A DNA stretch of 64,000 nt from Peptococcaceae bacterium SCADC1_2_3 (GTDB taxonomy: Bacteria; Bacillota; Desulfotomaculia; Desulfotomaculales; Nap2-2B), in contig JJNX02000003.1 of NCBI GenBank assembly GCA_000681355.2, positions 12,917-76,916 of the forward strand. The letters are read 5' to 3'. This document shows positions 35,407 through 47,964 of the stretch, in pieces (the stretch's first letter is position 1; every line of letters starts with the position of its first letter). The notes below the pieces were generated by a model. The model was not told the origin of the DNA and did not search any database. It saw only the letters and a list, made by a program, of their open reading frames with translations. Both the position numbers and the translations under genes were made by a program.

Positions 35407-36264
35407 GTGAGTTTAAAAGTGACTTTAAGTTACCATCTTTTAACGAAAATAGTTGACCGTGCCCTGAATGAGGATATTGGCTCTGGAGATATAACTACTT
35501 TAAGCGTAATTGGTTCTGACTTAACTGGATGGGGCTATATCCGGGCTAAAGAAAAGGGCATAATTGCAGGATTGCCCGTTGCGGCTGCTGTTTTTCGTCG
35601 CCTGGACCAGGAAATATTATTTACCCCCCAGGCAGCAGAAGGAAGTTGGGCCATAGAGGCGCAAATACTGGCGGTGGTAGAAGGTAGGTTACAGTCTATC
35701 CTGACCGGGGAGCGCCTGGCCTTAAATTTTTTGCAGCGCCTGTCGGGCATTGCCACCTATACAGCCACCCTTAAAGAAATAATTAAAGATTTTCCGGTAA
35801 ATATTATTGATACCCGTAAAACAACCCCGGGATTGCGGGTTTTAGAAAAATACGCCGTGCGTGTGGGCGGGGGATATAACCACCGTTTTGGTTTATTTGA
35901 CGGAATACTGATTAAAAACAATCACCTTAAAATTGCCGGAGGCATTCGACAGGCCGTCCAAAAGGCGCGTAAAAATGTATCTCCGATGATAAAGATTGAG
36001 GTAGAAGTGGAAGATTTAGCCGGAGTGGAGGAAGCGCTGGCGGCTGGGGTAGATATTATTATGCTGGATAATATGGCCCCGGATGTTATGCGTCAGGCCG
36101 TAAAGATAATTAACGGGCGGGCCCGTACAGAAGCTTCAGGAAGAGTTAGTGAAGCAAATATTTTAGAGGTGGCAAAATCAGGGGTTGACTTTATTTCGAT
36201 AGGGGCAATTACGCACTCAGCCAGGGCCTTAGACATGGCTCTAAGCGTGGGAGTGAAAAAATAA
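35407..36264 (+). CDS. nadC: Nicotinate-nucleotide pyrophosphorylase (carboxylating)
   Basis: 285 aa with ERLALNFLQRLSGIAT, DTRKTTPGLR and IMLDNM. Confidence 0.9.
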   Translation: MSLKVTLSYHLLTKIVDRALNEDIGSGDITTLSVIGSDLTGWGYIRAKEKGIIAGLPVAAAVFRRLDQEILFTPQAAEGSWAIEAQILAVVEGRLQSILTGERLALNFLQRLSGIATYTATLKEIIKDFPVNIIDTRKTTPGLRVLEKYAVRVGGGYNHRFGLFDGILIKNNHLKIAGGIRQAVQKARKNVSPMIKIEVEVEDLAGVEEALAAGVDIIMLDNMAPDVMRQAVKIINGRARTEASGRVSEANILEVAKSGVDFISIGAITHSARALDMALSVGVKK

Positions 36265-36266
36265 AG

Positions 36267-36887
36267 GTGGAGCAGCGCTTTTTTTATTGCCCTAAGTGCG
36301 GGGGAAATTTAAAATATAAGCAATACCGGGAGCGCCCCCGTTTAGTTTGCCTTAAGTGCAGTTATGTTTTTTATGAAAACCCAGCCGTAGGGGTAGCCGC
36401 TATTGTTTTAAACAAAGATAAGCAAATATTGCTGGGAAGGCGCAGTACCAAATTAGTGGACGTTAGTCATCAGACGTCAGACGTTAGGAGAAAAAAACAA
36501 ACTAATTCTTTAACCATACCGACGACCGGCGACCGGCGACCGACGACCTTAAATAAGAGGCTTTGGTGTATTCCCTGTGGTTATGTAGAATATGATGAAG
36601 ATGTTTACCAGGCGGTAGTCCGGGAGTTTAAAGAGGAAACCAATTTGGACATTGTTTTAAAAGGGGTTTTTACGGTACAGTCTAATTTTCACAATCCTGA
36701 ACTGCATACCGTAGGAGTATGGTTTATGGCTAAGGTAATGGGGGGAGAATTACAGGCAGGAGACGATCTAGATCAACTGGCTTACTGTAATTTAGCTGAT
36801 CCGCCACCGCTTGCTTTTCCTACGGATAAAGTTGTCCTGGATATGTTGGCTAAAGTCTTTAATACACCGTTTTTAGAGGAAAAATGA
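36267..36887 (+). CDS. Nudix hydrolase with an N-terminal zinc ribbon (NudC/ADP-ribose pyrophosphatase-like) carrying an internal repeat insertion
   Basis: CPKCGG...CLKCSY zinc ribbon. Nudix box GYVEYDEDVYQAVVREFKEETNL. Confidence 0.7.
   Translation: MEQRFFYCPKCGGNLKYKQYRERPRLVCLKCSYVFYENPAVGVAAIVLNKDKQILLGRRSTKLVDVSHQTSDVRRKKQTNSLTIPTTGDRRPTTLNKRLWCIPCGYVEYDEDVYQAVVREFKEETNLDIVLKGVFTVQSNFHNPELHTVGVWFMAKVMGGELQAGDDLDQLAYCNLADPPPLAFPTDKVVLDMLAKVFNTPFLEEK
36456..36550. repeat. Heptamer-array element (GACGTNA and GGTCGNC-complement units) inside the Nudix gene
   Basis: gacgtta gtcatca gacgtca gacgtta ... ccgacgaccggcgaccggcgaccgacgacc. Same unit types as 1686-1739 and 46798-46820. Confidence 0.8.
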
Positions 36888-37909
36888 AAAAACAAATTTT
36901 ATATATATTAAAAAATGGTTATCCGCGGGCTATTTCAGGAGAAAGTATATGTAAAGCTCTGGGTGTTTCCCGAACCTCAATATGGAAACATATCCAGGCG
37001 CTGCGTAAGGATGGCTATGAAATAGTGGCCCAGCCCAACGTTGGTTACCGCCTGGTGACTGTTCCTGATTTTTTATACCCGGAAGAAGTTACCTATAACC
37101 TGACGACTGAGTTTTTGGGTCGCACGGTTTATTATTATAAAGAGGTGAATTCAACAAATCAAATAGCTAAAGACTTAGCCTTACAGGGGGCTGCCGATGG
37201 CAGCCTGGTGGTTGCCGAGACGCAAAGCGCGGGTCGCGGCCGCCTGTCGAGAGGCTGGTTTTCCCCTTACGGCAAAGGCCTATGGTGTTCGGTTATCCTT
37301 TACCCAAAAATTAATCCGGTTGAGGTACCGCCAATAACCATGTTAGCTTCAGTAGCTATAGCCCAGGCAATAAGGGAGGTAGTTGGGATCAAGGCCGGTA
37401 TTAAGTGGCCTAACGATATATGCCTTAAAGGGAAAAAGGTGTGTGGTATTCTTACGGAAATGGGGGCAGAGATGGAGCGGGTAAGGTATCTGGTCTTAGG
37501 GATAGGCCTTAATGTAAATATTGAAGCGGAAGACCTCCCTTCCCCCCTAAAAGAAGTAGCCACTTCTCTAAAAATTGAAAGTGGTCAGCCTGTAAACCGG
37601 TTGCATCTTTTGCAGGTGACTTTAAAGGAACTAGAAAAGTTATATTTTGTTTGGTTGGAAGAGGGATTTGCTCCTATCCTAATCCAATGGAAAAAATTAT
37701 GTGTTCACCTGCCTGGTTTAGTGCGTTTAAGCAACTTAAAAGAAAGCTGGGAAGGATGGACGGAAGATATTGATTTAAGTGGGGCTTTATTATTGCGCTT
37801 ATCCACCGGAGAGATACGTCGTTTTATCACGGGGGAAATTTCTTTAACCACAGGCTACGGGCAGGCAGGATGCCTACCCTACGGGCCTGTACCACGGGAG
37901 GTGACTTAA
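36884..37909 (+). CDS. birA: Bifunctional biotin-[acetyl-CoA-carboxylase] ligase / biotin operon repressor
   Basis: N-terminal w[12 protein letters not shown] biotin-binding loop, KWPNDI. The last roughly 20 codons are read through REP-B. Confidence 0.85.
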   Translation: MKKQILYILKNGYPRAISGESICKALGVSRTSIWKHIQALRKDGYEIVAQPNVGYRLVTVPDFLYPEEVTYNLTTEFLGRTVYYYKEVNSTNQIAKDLALQGAADGSLVVAETQSAGRGRLSRGWFSPYGKGLWCSVILYPKINPVEVPPITMLASVAIAQAIREVVGIKAGIKWPNDICLKGKKVCGILTEMGAEMERVRYLVLGIGLNVNIEAEDLPSPLKEVATSLKIESGQPVNRLHLLQVTLKELEKLYFVWLEEGFAPILIQWKKLCVHLPGLVRLSNLKESWEGWTEDIDLSGALLLRLSTGEIRRFITGEISLTTGYGQAGCLPYGPVPREVT

Positions 37910-38153
37910 AATATATGCTTTTAGGCTTTGGTTCGTGGTTAAAACGGTTGCCTTGCTGGTACTGGGCTATATGCATATTATACAACAAAAGCTCTCCGTT
38001 TTCAACCCGAGCATAACTATCTTGCAAATTTGCTTTTCCGGCCCGCAAGGACTTTACCTCTGTTCCCGTTAAAACAATACCGGTTTCAAAAGTATCTACA
38101 ATATGGTATTCGTAACGGGCTTTTTTATTTACAGCCATAACCTTGGCGGGCAT
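37827..38153 (-). pseudogene. smpB: SsrA-binding protein SmpB, truncated after about 75 codons
   Basis: Residues 1-75 ([67 protein letters not shown]) are canonical SmpB. The remaining 33 codons are unrelated and run through REP-B into birA. Confidence 0.7.
37849..37895. repeat. REP-B hairpin copy 3 at the birA / smpB-stub junction
   Basis: cacaggctacgggcaggcaggatgcctaccctacgggcctgtaccac (two mismatches to the copies at 35.2-35.4 kb). Confidence 0.85.
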
Positions 38154-38184
38154 TTTAACTTAACTTCCTTATCTTCTTTTTATT

Positions 38185-38619
38185 CTAGCCTGTCCGAAGC
38201 CGTAAAAATTTCGCTTTTGCTTTTACGGCTACTTTACCATCGGGAAGAATGATTTTGGCGGCCATTTCATATAAACGTCCTCTGCCGCCAGTCCTTTCCG
38301 CTTCAATCCTTAGCGTCTGCCCTAAAGGAACCATAAAGCTGTATCGGGTGGTCATTTCAGCGGTCATAGCCGAAATACCGTTTAACCATAGCCACTGGGC
38401 CATTACCTCATCTAATAAAGCTACCACCAGCCCCCCGTGCATACACCCATCCCAACCTTGATGTTCTTCGGCCGGGATAAAAGTGGTCCAACAGGTATCA
38501 TCCTGCAGGTGAAACTGCAGTTTTAAGCCAATGTTATTATTACAACCGCAGCCAAAACACATCTGGGATAAATTATGCCATCCGGCTTCCTCGCCAAAAG
38601 GCTTTTCTTCTTCAGGCAA
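38185..38619 (-). CDS. PaaI/hotdog-fold thioesterase
   Basis: 144 aa with CFGCG N-terminal motif and HGGLVVALLDEVM. Confidence 0.7.
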   Translation of the reverse strand: MPEEEKPFGEEAGWHNLSQMCFGCGCNNNIGLKLQFHLQDDTCWTTFIPAEEHQGWDGCMHGGLVVALLDEVMAQWLWLNGISAMTAEMTTRYSFMVPLGQTLRIEAERTGGRGRLYEMAAKIILPDGKVAVKAKAKFLRLRTG

Positions 38620-38722
38620 GATAATCAGCCCTTTCGCCCTTACCTTATAATTATACCATTACCGGTTAAAATAAACAACCGCCCCTTTTTAACCGGGGGC
38701 GGTTGAATAAAATCTTAGTTAA

Positions 38723-40759
38723 TTAACGAACAATGCCGGCAATCAAAGGAATAATTAAGATGGCCACAATATTGACTACCTTAATCATGGGGTTGATGGC
38801 CGGACCTGCGGTATCTTTCAGGGGGTCGCCAACCGTATCTCCGGTAACAGCCGCCGCGTGGGCGGGAGTACCCTTGCCTCCGTACATTCCTTCTTCAATG
38901 TACTTTTTAGCGTTATCCCAGGCCCCTCCCCCGGAGGTTTGGAAAATGGCCAAATACAAGCCGGTAATAATTGTCCCCATAAGCAAACCCCCAAGGGCTT
39001 CCCGGCCCATAACAAGACCTACCACTACTGGGACCAGTACAGGAATTAAGCCCGGCACAATCATTTCCTTAATGGCCCGGCGGGTAACAATATCTACGCA
39101 ATGCCCGTATTCCGGACGGGCCGTGCCTTCCATTAAACCTTTAATTTCGCGGAACTGCCGCCGCACCTCATTAACTACTTCGTAGGCGGCCCGTCCCACC
39201 GCTCCAATAGCCAGGGAGGAAAAAATAAAAGGCAAAGCTCCGCCAATCAATAAACCGCCCAACACCCAGGGATTACTAATGCTAAAGTTAAGCAATTGCG
39301 CGGGCACAAAATCGCCTAAATGATAAGTATAATCCGTAAACAAAACAATAGCCGCAAGTCCGGCTGAACCAATGGCGTATCCTTTCGTCACGGCTTTGGT
39401 GGTATTTCCTACGGCATCCAAAGGATCGGTAATGGCCCTAACTTCCTTGGGCAATTGGGCCATTTCCGCAATGCCACCGGCGTTATCCGTAATGGGGCCA
39501 TAAGAATCAATAGCCACAATAATGCCTGTCATGGAAAGCATCGCCATAGAGGCAATACCAATGGCGTATAAGCCTCCTTCACCGCTGCCGCCAATTAAAT
39601 AAGAAACAAGAATTCCGATTACAATGACAATTGCCGGCGGCACACTGCTTTCCATCCCCACCGAAAGACCGGTAATAATGTTTGTGCCGTGACCTGACTG
39701 GGAAGCATTAGCAATGGATTTTACCGGACGAAAAGCCTTGGAAGTATAATAATCAGTTATATAAACAATACATACAGTGATAGCAATACCAATCAGGGCG
39801 GGCCAAAAATAGATGGCGTTCCCTAAAACATTAACCGAGGCAAAATAAAAACCAAAAAGCGATAAGATAGCTGTCACCCAAAGGCCTTTATACATAGCCC
39901 CCATAATGTTTTGTCCTTTGCCCATACTTACAAAAAAAACACCAATAATTGAAGCAATAATCGCTATTGCCCCAAGTAAGATCGGGAAGACGACAAATAA
40001 TGGTTGTAATGGTTGACCTTTAAAAACTAAGTGTCCTAATAACATTACCCCTACAGCGGTTACCGTATAGGTCTCAAATAAGTCTGCCGCCATCCCGGCG
40101 CAGTCACCAACGTTATCGCCCACGTTGTCGGCAATTACTGCCGGGTTGCGGGGATCATCTTCAGGAATACCGGCTTCTACTTTACCAACCAGATCAGCGC
40201 CTACATCAGCACTTTTGGTGTAAATACCGCCTCCTAAACGGGCAAACACGCTGATTAAGCTGCCGCCAAACCCCATACCGACTAAAACCACCGGGTCACG
40301 ATAGATTAAATACAAGCCAGATACTCCTAAAAGCGCTAACCCTACGCACATCATCCCGGTGACTGTGCCGCCCCGAAAGGCTAATTTCAAGGCGTTACCA
40401 ATGCCTAGCTTGGCTGCTTCGGAAACCCGGGTGTTGCCCCGCGTAGATACGTACATGCCTACAAAACCACATAATCCTGAAAAAATGGCCCCGACCAAAA
40501 AACCAATCGCGGTTTTGCTGCTTAACCCAAAAAATATAAGAAAGAAAATAACAATACCTACAATAGCAATAGTCCTATACTGCCGGCCGAGGTAAGCCAT
40601 TGCCCCTTCCTGGATGGCCGCGGAAATTTCCTGCATCTTCTGGGAGCCGGCCGGATGACGCAACACCCATGAAGCCAGGTAAAGCGCAAAGAGAATACCT
40701 ATCACCGCAATAATAATACCCCATAGGATTATTGTTTGCTCCAAAATATACACCTCCAA
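38723..40759 (-). CDS. hppA: Membrane-bound proton/sodium-translocating pyrophosphatase
   Basis: 678 aa, polytopic, with [21 protein letters not shown] and [14 protein letters not shown] motifs. Confidence 0.9.
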   Translation of the reverse strand: MEVYILEQTIILWGIIIAVIGILFALYLASWVLRHPAGSQKMQEISAAIQEGAMAYLGRQYRTIAIVGIVIFFLIFFGLSSKTAIGFLVGAIFSGLCGFVGMYVSTRGNTRVSEAAKLGIGNALKLAFRGGTVTGMMCVGLALLGVSGLYLIYRDPVVLVGMGFGGSLISVFARLGGGIYTKSADVGADLVGKVEAGIPEDDPRNPAVIADNVGDNVGDCAGMAADLFETYTVTAVGVMLLGHLVFKGQPLQPLFVVFPILLGAIAIIASIIGVFFVSMGKGQNIMGAMYKGLWVTAILSLFGFYFASVNVLGNAIYFWPALIGIAITVCIVYITDYYTSKAFRPVKSIANASQSGHGTNIITGLSVGMESSVPPAIVIVIGILVSYLIGGSGEGGLYAIGIASMAMLSMTGIIVAIDSYGPITDNAGGIAEMAQLPKEVRAITDPLDAVGNTTKAVTKGYAIGSAGLAAIVLFTDYTYHLGDFVPAQLLNFSISNPWVLGGLLIGGALPFIFSSLAIGAVGRAAYEVVNEVRRQFREIKGLMEGTARPEYGHCVDIVTRRAIKEMIVPGLIPVLVPVVVGLVMGREALGGLLMGTIITGLYLAIFQTSGGGAWDNAKKYIEEGMYGGKGTPAHAAAVTGDTVGDPLKDTAGPAINPMIKVVNIVAILIIPLIAGIVR

Positions 40760-40775
40760 ACAGGTACTTAAATTT

Positions 40776-41000
40776 TTACCCTAAACCCAAAAAAAGCGCT
40801 GTAAGACCAAAAAGAACCGCTACCACCAAAGTTGCTTTGCCCAGCAACTCGTCTAAACCCTTCTTTTTACCAAACAAGGCTTCCGCACCGCCGCCTACAA
40901 TTCCTGATAGCCCGGCACTTTTGCCTGACTGGAGCAATACAACCGCAATAAGGGCCAGGGAAAGAATTACGTGAAAAACGGTTACCAGGCTTTTTAACAT
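40776..41000 (-). CDS. secG: Preprotein translocase subunit SecG
   Basis: 74 aa, two [14 protein letters not shown] motif. Confidence 0.8.
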   Translation of the reverse strand: MLKSLVTVFHVILSLALIAVVLLQSGKSAGLSGIVGGGAEALFGKKKGLDELLGKATLVVAVLFGLTALFLGLG

Positions 41001-41185
41001 CCCCTCACCTCCTTTGACTTAACTTGATTTTTAAATAAATTTTAAATAATTTAGTAATCGTTTACTTGCTTTTTAAAACCGTAAAGATTATATCATAGCC
41101 CAAAATAAATAACAATCAAATATTATTTTATAAAATTAAATTTTTAAACTGAAGAAGACTAAAAAATAAAGAAAAATACTTCCAA

Positions 41186-43273
<2,088 letters not shown>

Positions 43274-43327
43274 ATTTACGCCTCGAAAGGATAGATATAG
43301 GTTATTTAGATTCTTTAAATTTTGGCT

Positions 43328-44515
43328 TCACTTTGCTGCATCCGTTAAAGCGGCAAGACCTGGCAGTACTTTACCTTCCAAAAACTCCAGGGAGGCGCCG
43401 CCACCGGTTGAAAGATGAGTTATTTTTTGGGCTACGCCCGCTTTACTCACCGCAGCCAAGGTATCGCCCCCACCAACAACGCTGGTAAGGTTATCTTCAG
43501 CAATCGCTCTGGCTATGGCCAAAGTACCCTCGGCAAAAACCTTCTGTTCAAAGACCCCCAGGGGACCATTCCAAAATACTGTCTTTGCCCCTTGCAAGAC
43601 CTCCTTAAATATTTTAATGCTTTCCGGACCAAGATCAAAGATCTGGCCATCAGCCGGGATTTCGTCAACTTTTACAATTTTAATTTTATCAGCCGCTTCA
43701 CCTTCGGAAACAACCACCACGTCAACCGGCAAGATAATTTTTACCCCCCGGGACTTCGCCAGTGCAAATATTTCTCCGGCTGTTTTAATTTTATCTTCTT
43801 CTACCGGTGATTTACCCACCTCATATCCTTGCGCTTTTAAAAAGGTATTAGCCAGGCCGCCTCCCACTAGCAGTACATCTACTTTTCCCAAAAGATTTTT
43901 AACGACTCCTATTTTATCCGAAACTTTCGCCCCTCCTAAAATAGCCGCAAAGGGACGTTCAGGGACAGTTAAGATTTTCGTTAGTGCCTTAACTTCTTTT
44001 TCCATTAAAAATCCCATCACCGCCGGAAGGAAATGAGCTACTCCTTCAGTGGAAGCATGCGCCCGGTGGACGGCACCAAAAGCATCGTTTACGTATACAT
44101 CTGCCAGAAGGCTGAGTTTTTGGGCAAACGCCGGGTCATTTTTTTCCTCTTCCGGGTAAAACCTGACGTTTTCAAGCAGGATAACTTCCCCGGGCTGCAT
44201 AGCTTTAACTGCCGCGGCGGGTTTATCCCCGAGACAATCATCTATCTTTAGCACCGTAACACCTAATAACTCCTGAAGTCTTTGAGCTACCGGAGTTAAA
44301 CGGTACTTTTCATTTATTTTTCCTTTGGGGCGACCAAGGTGGGAAATTAAAATTATTTTCGCTTTGTTTTCCCTCAAGTACCGAATGGTAGGCAGGGCTT
44401 CCTTTATCCTGGTATCATCTGTTACTTTACCGTTTTCTATAGGTACATTAAAATCTACCCTTACCAACACCCGTTTGCCAGTTATCTCAATATCCCGTAC
44501 TGTTTTTTTGGCCAT
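43328..44515 (-). CDS. pgk: Phosphoglycerate kinase
   Basis: VLVRVDFNVP, SHLGRPKG and STGGGASLEFLEGK. Confidence 0.95.
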   Translation of the reverse strand: MAKKTVRDIEITGKRVLVRVDFNVPIENGKVTDDTRIKEALPTIRYLRENKAKIILISHLGRPKGKINEKYRLTPVAQRLQELLGVTVLKIDDCLGDKPAAAVKAMQPGEVILLENVRFYPEEEKNDPAFAQKLSLLADVYVNDAFGAVHRAHASTEGVAHFLPAVMGFLMEKEVKALTKILTVPERPFAAILGGAKVSDKIGVVKNLLGKVDVLLVGGGLANTFLKAQGYEVGKSPVEEDKIKTAGEIFALAKSRGVKIILPVDVVVVSEGEAADKIKIVKVDEIPADGQIFDLGPESIKIFKEVLQGAKTVFWNGPLGVFEQKVFAEGTLAIARAIAEDNLTSVVGGGDTLAAVSKAGVAQKITHLSTGGGASLEFLEGKVLPGLAALTDAAK

Positions 44516-44538
44516 TTTTATTCCTCCCTGGCCCTAAA

Positions 44539-45570
44539 CTATATTCCTTTTTCAGCCATGTACAAGATAAAGTCCAGTACCCGCAAAGAATAAGCCCATT
44601 CATTGTCGTACCAAGCCACCACTTTAACCATATCCTCAGCCACCACCATGGTAGACGGACCGTCAACAATAGCCGAATGGGGGTCGCCGTTGTAGTCGCT
44701 AGATACCATGGGTAATTCACTATAAGCTAAAATTCCTATTAGTTCCCCCTCCGCGGCATCCTTAAAAGCAGCGTTTACTTCATCTTTAGTGGCTTTGTTT
44801 TTAAGCTGCGCCACCAAGTCAACCACACTAACATTAGGGGTGGGGACGCGTAAAGCAAAACCATTTAACTTGCCTTTTAATTCAGGCAAAACCAAGCCTA
44901 CCGCCTTAGCCGCTCCGGTAGTAGTAGGTATAATGCTCGTCATGCCCGCGCGGCCGCGTCTTAAATCATGGTGGGGCATATCTAAGAGTTGCTGGTCATT
45001 GGTTAAAGCATGTACGGTAGTCATCAAACCTTTTACAATACCAAAATTTTCGTGCAAAACTTTAGCCACGGGGGCCAAACAATTAGTGGTACAGGAAGCA
45101 TTGGAAATAACCTGATGTGCGGCCGGGTCATACTGGTGGTGATTAACCCCCATTACCACGGTCAAAACCTCACCTTTAGCCGGAGCCGTAAGAACAACCC
45201 TCTTTGCTCCCCCTTGTAAATGCCGGGCGGCATCTTCCGGCCGATTAAACTTACCGGTAGCTTCAACCACCACATCCACTCCTAAATCATCCCACGGAAT
45301 TTGCGCCGGCTCTGCTTCTGAAAACACCTTTATCTTCCATCCGTTAAGTAAAAGAGCGTCTTTATTTGCTTCTATAATTTGATTTAATTTTCCGTGAACC
45401 GTATCGTATTTTAAAGCGTGAGCCAAGGTTGGAATAAAATTCTCATTTACGGGCAAACGACGGGACTTATGGTTAATGGCCATTACTTGAATATTATTAA
45501 ACTGCAAAGCAGCCCTTAACACATTCATTCCTACCCGGCCAAACCCATTAATCCCTATCTTTACGGCCAT
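44539..45570 (-). CDS. gap: Glyceraldehyde-3-phosphate dehydrogenase
   Basis: INGFGRVG and SNASCTTNCLAP. Confidence 0.95.
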   Translation of the reverse strand: MAVKIGINGFGRVGMNVLRAALQFNNIQVMAINHKSRRLPVNENFIPTLAHALKYDTVHGKLNQIIEANKDALLLNGWKIKVFSEAEPAQIPWDDLGVDVVVEATGKFNRPEDAARHLQGGAKRVVLTAPAKGEVLTVVMGVNHHQYDPAAHQVISNASCTTNCLAPVAKVLHENFGIVKGLMTTVHALTNDQQLLDMPHHDLRRGRAGMTSIIPTTTGAAKAVGLVLPELKGKLNGFALRVPTPNVSVVDLVAQLKNKATKDEVNAAFKDAAEGELIGILAYSELPMVSSDYNGDPHSAIVDGPSTMVVAEDMVKVVAWYDNEWAYSLRVLDFILYMAEKGI

Positions 45571-45893
45571 TATTATCCCCCTTCCTTAAATTAATATACT
45601 GTATTCAATTATATATGCTATTTTATTCACTGTCTAGTTAAATAATTACTATAATATATAAAAATTATTAGCAATTAATATATCCTTTTTATAATTAATA
45701 CGGTATTACTTTTTGTAGCGGTGAAGTTATGCTCTTTGGGGGTTCATTTTATGATACATTAAAATTGGAATTTTTGCGGAAGGACTCGGCGGGGCGTTAC
45801 TTGTGGGGGGTACTATTAAGACAACAAAAATTAAGCTGAGAATTACCCTATAAACTATCCTGTAAATTACTATCTTCTTGGTTGACCTCATCA

Positions 45894-46769
45894 TCATTCT
45901 GTATTATTTTTGTTTTTAATGTCGCGGTGCCAAAAAGTTACCCGGTAGTTTTTATGCTTAAGGCATTCTCCCAATTTTTCTGCCACCGCCACCGACCGGT
46001 GACGGCCGCCTGTACAGCCTATAGCGATAGTCAGGGCAGTTTTACCCTCTTTAACGTACTCGGGGAGAAGAAAATTAATTAAATCAAAAAACTTAGCCGT
46101 AAAATTGTTACTGACGGGTGAACTAAAGATATATTCTTGCACGGCCGCGTCTTCTCCCGTAAGGGGTTTTAACGCGATCTCATAATGAGGATTAGGAAGA
46201 AAACGCACGTCAAATACTAAATCACTATCCAGGGGAATGCCGAATTTATAACCAAAAGAAATAATAGTAATATGCAGACCTGGACCTTCTAAATTATCAC
46301 TAAATAATCCGGCCAGTTCTTTTTTAAGCAATTGGGTGCTGATATTTGAAGTATCAATTATTTTATGGGCCCGGCCGCGTAAGTTTTGTAAACACAGTCT
46401 TTCTTCCTGTATGCTCTTTAAAATTTCACCGTGCTTACTTAAAGGGTGGGTCCGGCGGGATTCCTTATAACGCTGGATTAAAATATTATCAGAAGCTTCC
46501 AAATAAAGTATTTCGTAGCGAAAATTTTTTTGCTCCAGTTCCCTTAAAACTTTGGATAAAGCCTCAAAAAATTCGCCTCCGCGTATATCCACCACTACCG
46601 CCATTTTTTCTATCGGCCGGAAGGATTGGGCACAAAGCTCAGTAAAAACTGGTATCAATAAGGGAGGTAAATTGTCAACGCAAAAAAAACCCAGGTCCTC
46701 TAAATAACGTAAAGCTTGAGTTTTGCCAGCCCCAGAAAGACCGGTTATAATTACAAACCTGGACAACAT
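45894..46769 (-). CDS. rapZ: RNase adapter / nucleotide-binding protein RapZ (YvcJ)
   Basis: [28 protein letters not shown] and C-terminal [10 protein letters not shown]. Confidence 0.9.
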   Translation of the reverse strand: MLSRFVIITGLSGAGKTQALRYLEDLGFFCVDNLPPLLIPVFTELCAQSFRPIEKMAVVVDIRGGEFFEALSKVLRELEQKNFRYEILYLEASDNILIQRYKESRRTHPLSKHGEILKSIQEERLCLQNLRGRAHKIIDTSNISTQLLKKELAGLFSDNLEGPGLHITIISFGYKFGIPLDSDLVFDVRFLPNPHYEIALKPLTGEDAAVQEYIFSSPVSNNFTAKFFDLINFLLPEYVKEGKTALTIAIGCTGGRHRSVAVAEKLGECLKHKNYRVTFWHRDIKNKNNTE

Positions 46770-46797
46770 TAAATAAAGAATACCTCCTCAGAAAATA

Positions 46798-46820
46798 GTC
46801 GTCAGACGTCGGTCATCAGG
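46798..46820. repeat. Short heptamer array (GTCGTCA GACGTCG GTCATCA)
   Basis: Same unit type as the left arm of the Nudix insertion. Confidence 0.55.
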
Positions 46821-46860
46821 ATAATTGTTAAATGAAAATGGTAAATTTTAAACTAAAAAA

Positions 46861-47943
46861 TTATTTTTCTTCCCGCAGCGCCTTTTTAAGCTGGTCAATT
46901 ACTTTTACCGGCCCCGGATCAACCCCATATAAAAAAGCCAGGTATACACTGGTATAATCACCTAAATAAATTAAGGAAAACAAGCGCGCTAACTCAGCAT
47001 TCCCCGAAGCGTTAATCTCGCTTACCCCTGCCACCACCCTGGACATAAGCTCTTTGGTTATGCTTATTCTTTTTTGCACCTGAGGATGGTCGTGAGGGTG
47101 GCTTAAAATAATCAGGTAGAGCCGCCGCAGAAGTTCCACCGGTCCTTCAAAACCAACTATTTCATTATGGTTTAGTTCTGGAAACACGTTCCAATAAGCC
47201 AGGGCTTTGGCGTTTTCGTTTATTTGCCCTTTCCAGCGCTGGGCCGCCACCTCAGTAGTTCCACTGCTCCCCCAAATTACCGGAAGGCGATTGTGTAGCA
47301 GACTGGCTAACTGCTTGGCGTAATTTTTGGCCAGGGGTACTTCCGGCCTGTACTGGTTGTACAAATCTTTTAAGTGGCTGGCTAAAGCGTTTATTTCTAC
47401 CTCTTGACTGATTAGCAAACCCAGGTGTTCTAAGACGACTAAAATTGGAATAAACAAGTACCCCAGCGCCGCCCGCGGGGCAAATCCAGCAGGAACGGTA
47501 ATTAACGGGATATTATCCTGAAGGGCCATTTCTTCAAGCGCTCCCCCGGTAGTTAAAGCTACTACGGCTGCTCCTTTTGCTTTTGCCTGGCGGTAGGCGC
47601 TTATGGTTTCTTCCGTATTGCCCGAATAGCTGACGGCAAAAATAAGAGTTTTGGCGCCAATAAAGCGCGCTAATTCATAATGCCGGTTAACCACTACCGG
47701 TACATTTGCTTTATCCGCTATATAAGTACGTAATAAATCACCCCCAATAGCAGACCCGCCAAGACCGGTAACCACCACCTGGGCTATTTCTTTTTCTTTC
47801 ATAAAAGGCAAAACCAAAGAAAGAGCCGCCCTTTTTCCTAACTGCTGCGCCTCCCGGCATTGTTCGGGCAGTTTAGCCAGAGCATCCAGTATTTTTTGAC
47901 TGTCTACTTCTTTTAGCCTCGGGTAATCATCTAAATTTACCAA
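46861..47943 (-). CDS. Bifunctional phosphoglucose/phosphomannose isomerase (archaeal-type SIS domain PGI/PMI)
   Basis: 360 aa with two SIS-like halves (VTGLGGSAIGGD, SYSGNTEET). Confidence 0.7.
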   Translation of the reverse strand: MVNLDDYPRLKEVDSQKILDALAKLPEQCREAQQLGKRAALSLVLPFMKEKEIAQVVVTGLGGSAIGGDLLRTYIADKANVPVVVNRHYELARFIGAKTLIFAVSYSGNTEETISAYRQAKAKGAAVVALTTGGALEEMALQDNIPLITVPAGFAPRAALGYLFIPILVVLEHLGLLISQEVEINALASHLKDLYNQYRPEVPLAKNYAKQLASLLHNRLPVIWGSSGTTEVAAQRWKGQINENAKALAYWNVFPELNHNEIVGFEGPVELLRRLYLIILSHPHDHPQVQKRISITKELMSRVVAGVSEINASGNAELARLFSLIYLGDYTSVYLAFLYGVDPGPVKVIDQLKKALREEK

Positions 47944-47964
47944 TCTCTTATTCCTTTCACTAAA

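Noticed and set aside
37896-37935. Possible dif (XerCD) site at the convergent strand switch (acttaaaatatatgcttttagg)
   Set aside because: It shares only ACTT and AATATAT with the B. subtilis dif sequence as I recall it. The right arm TTATGTAAACT is absent.
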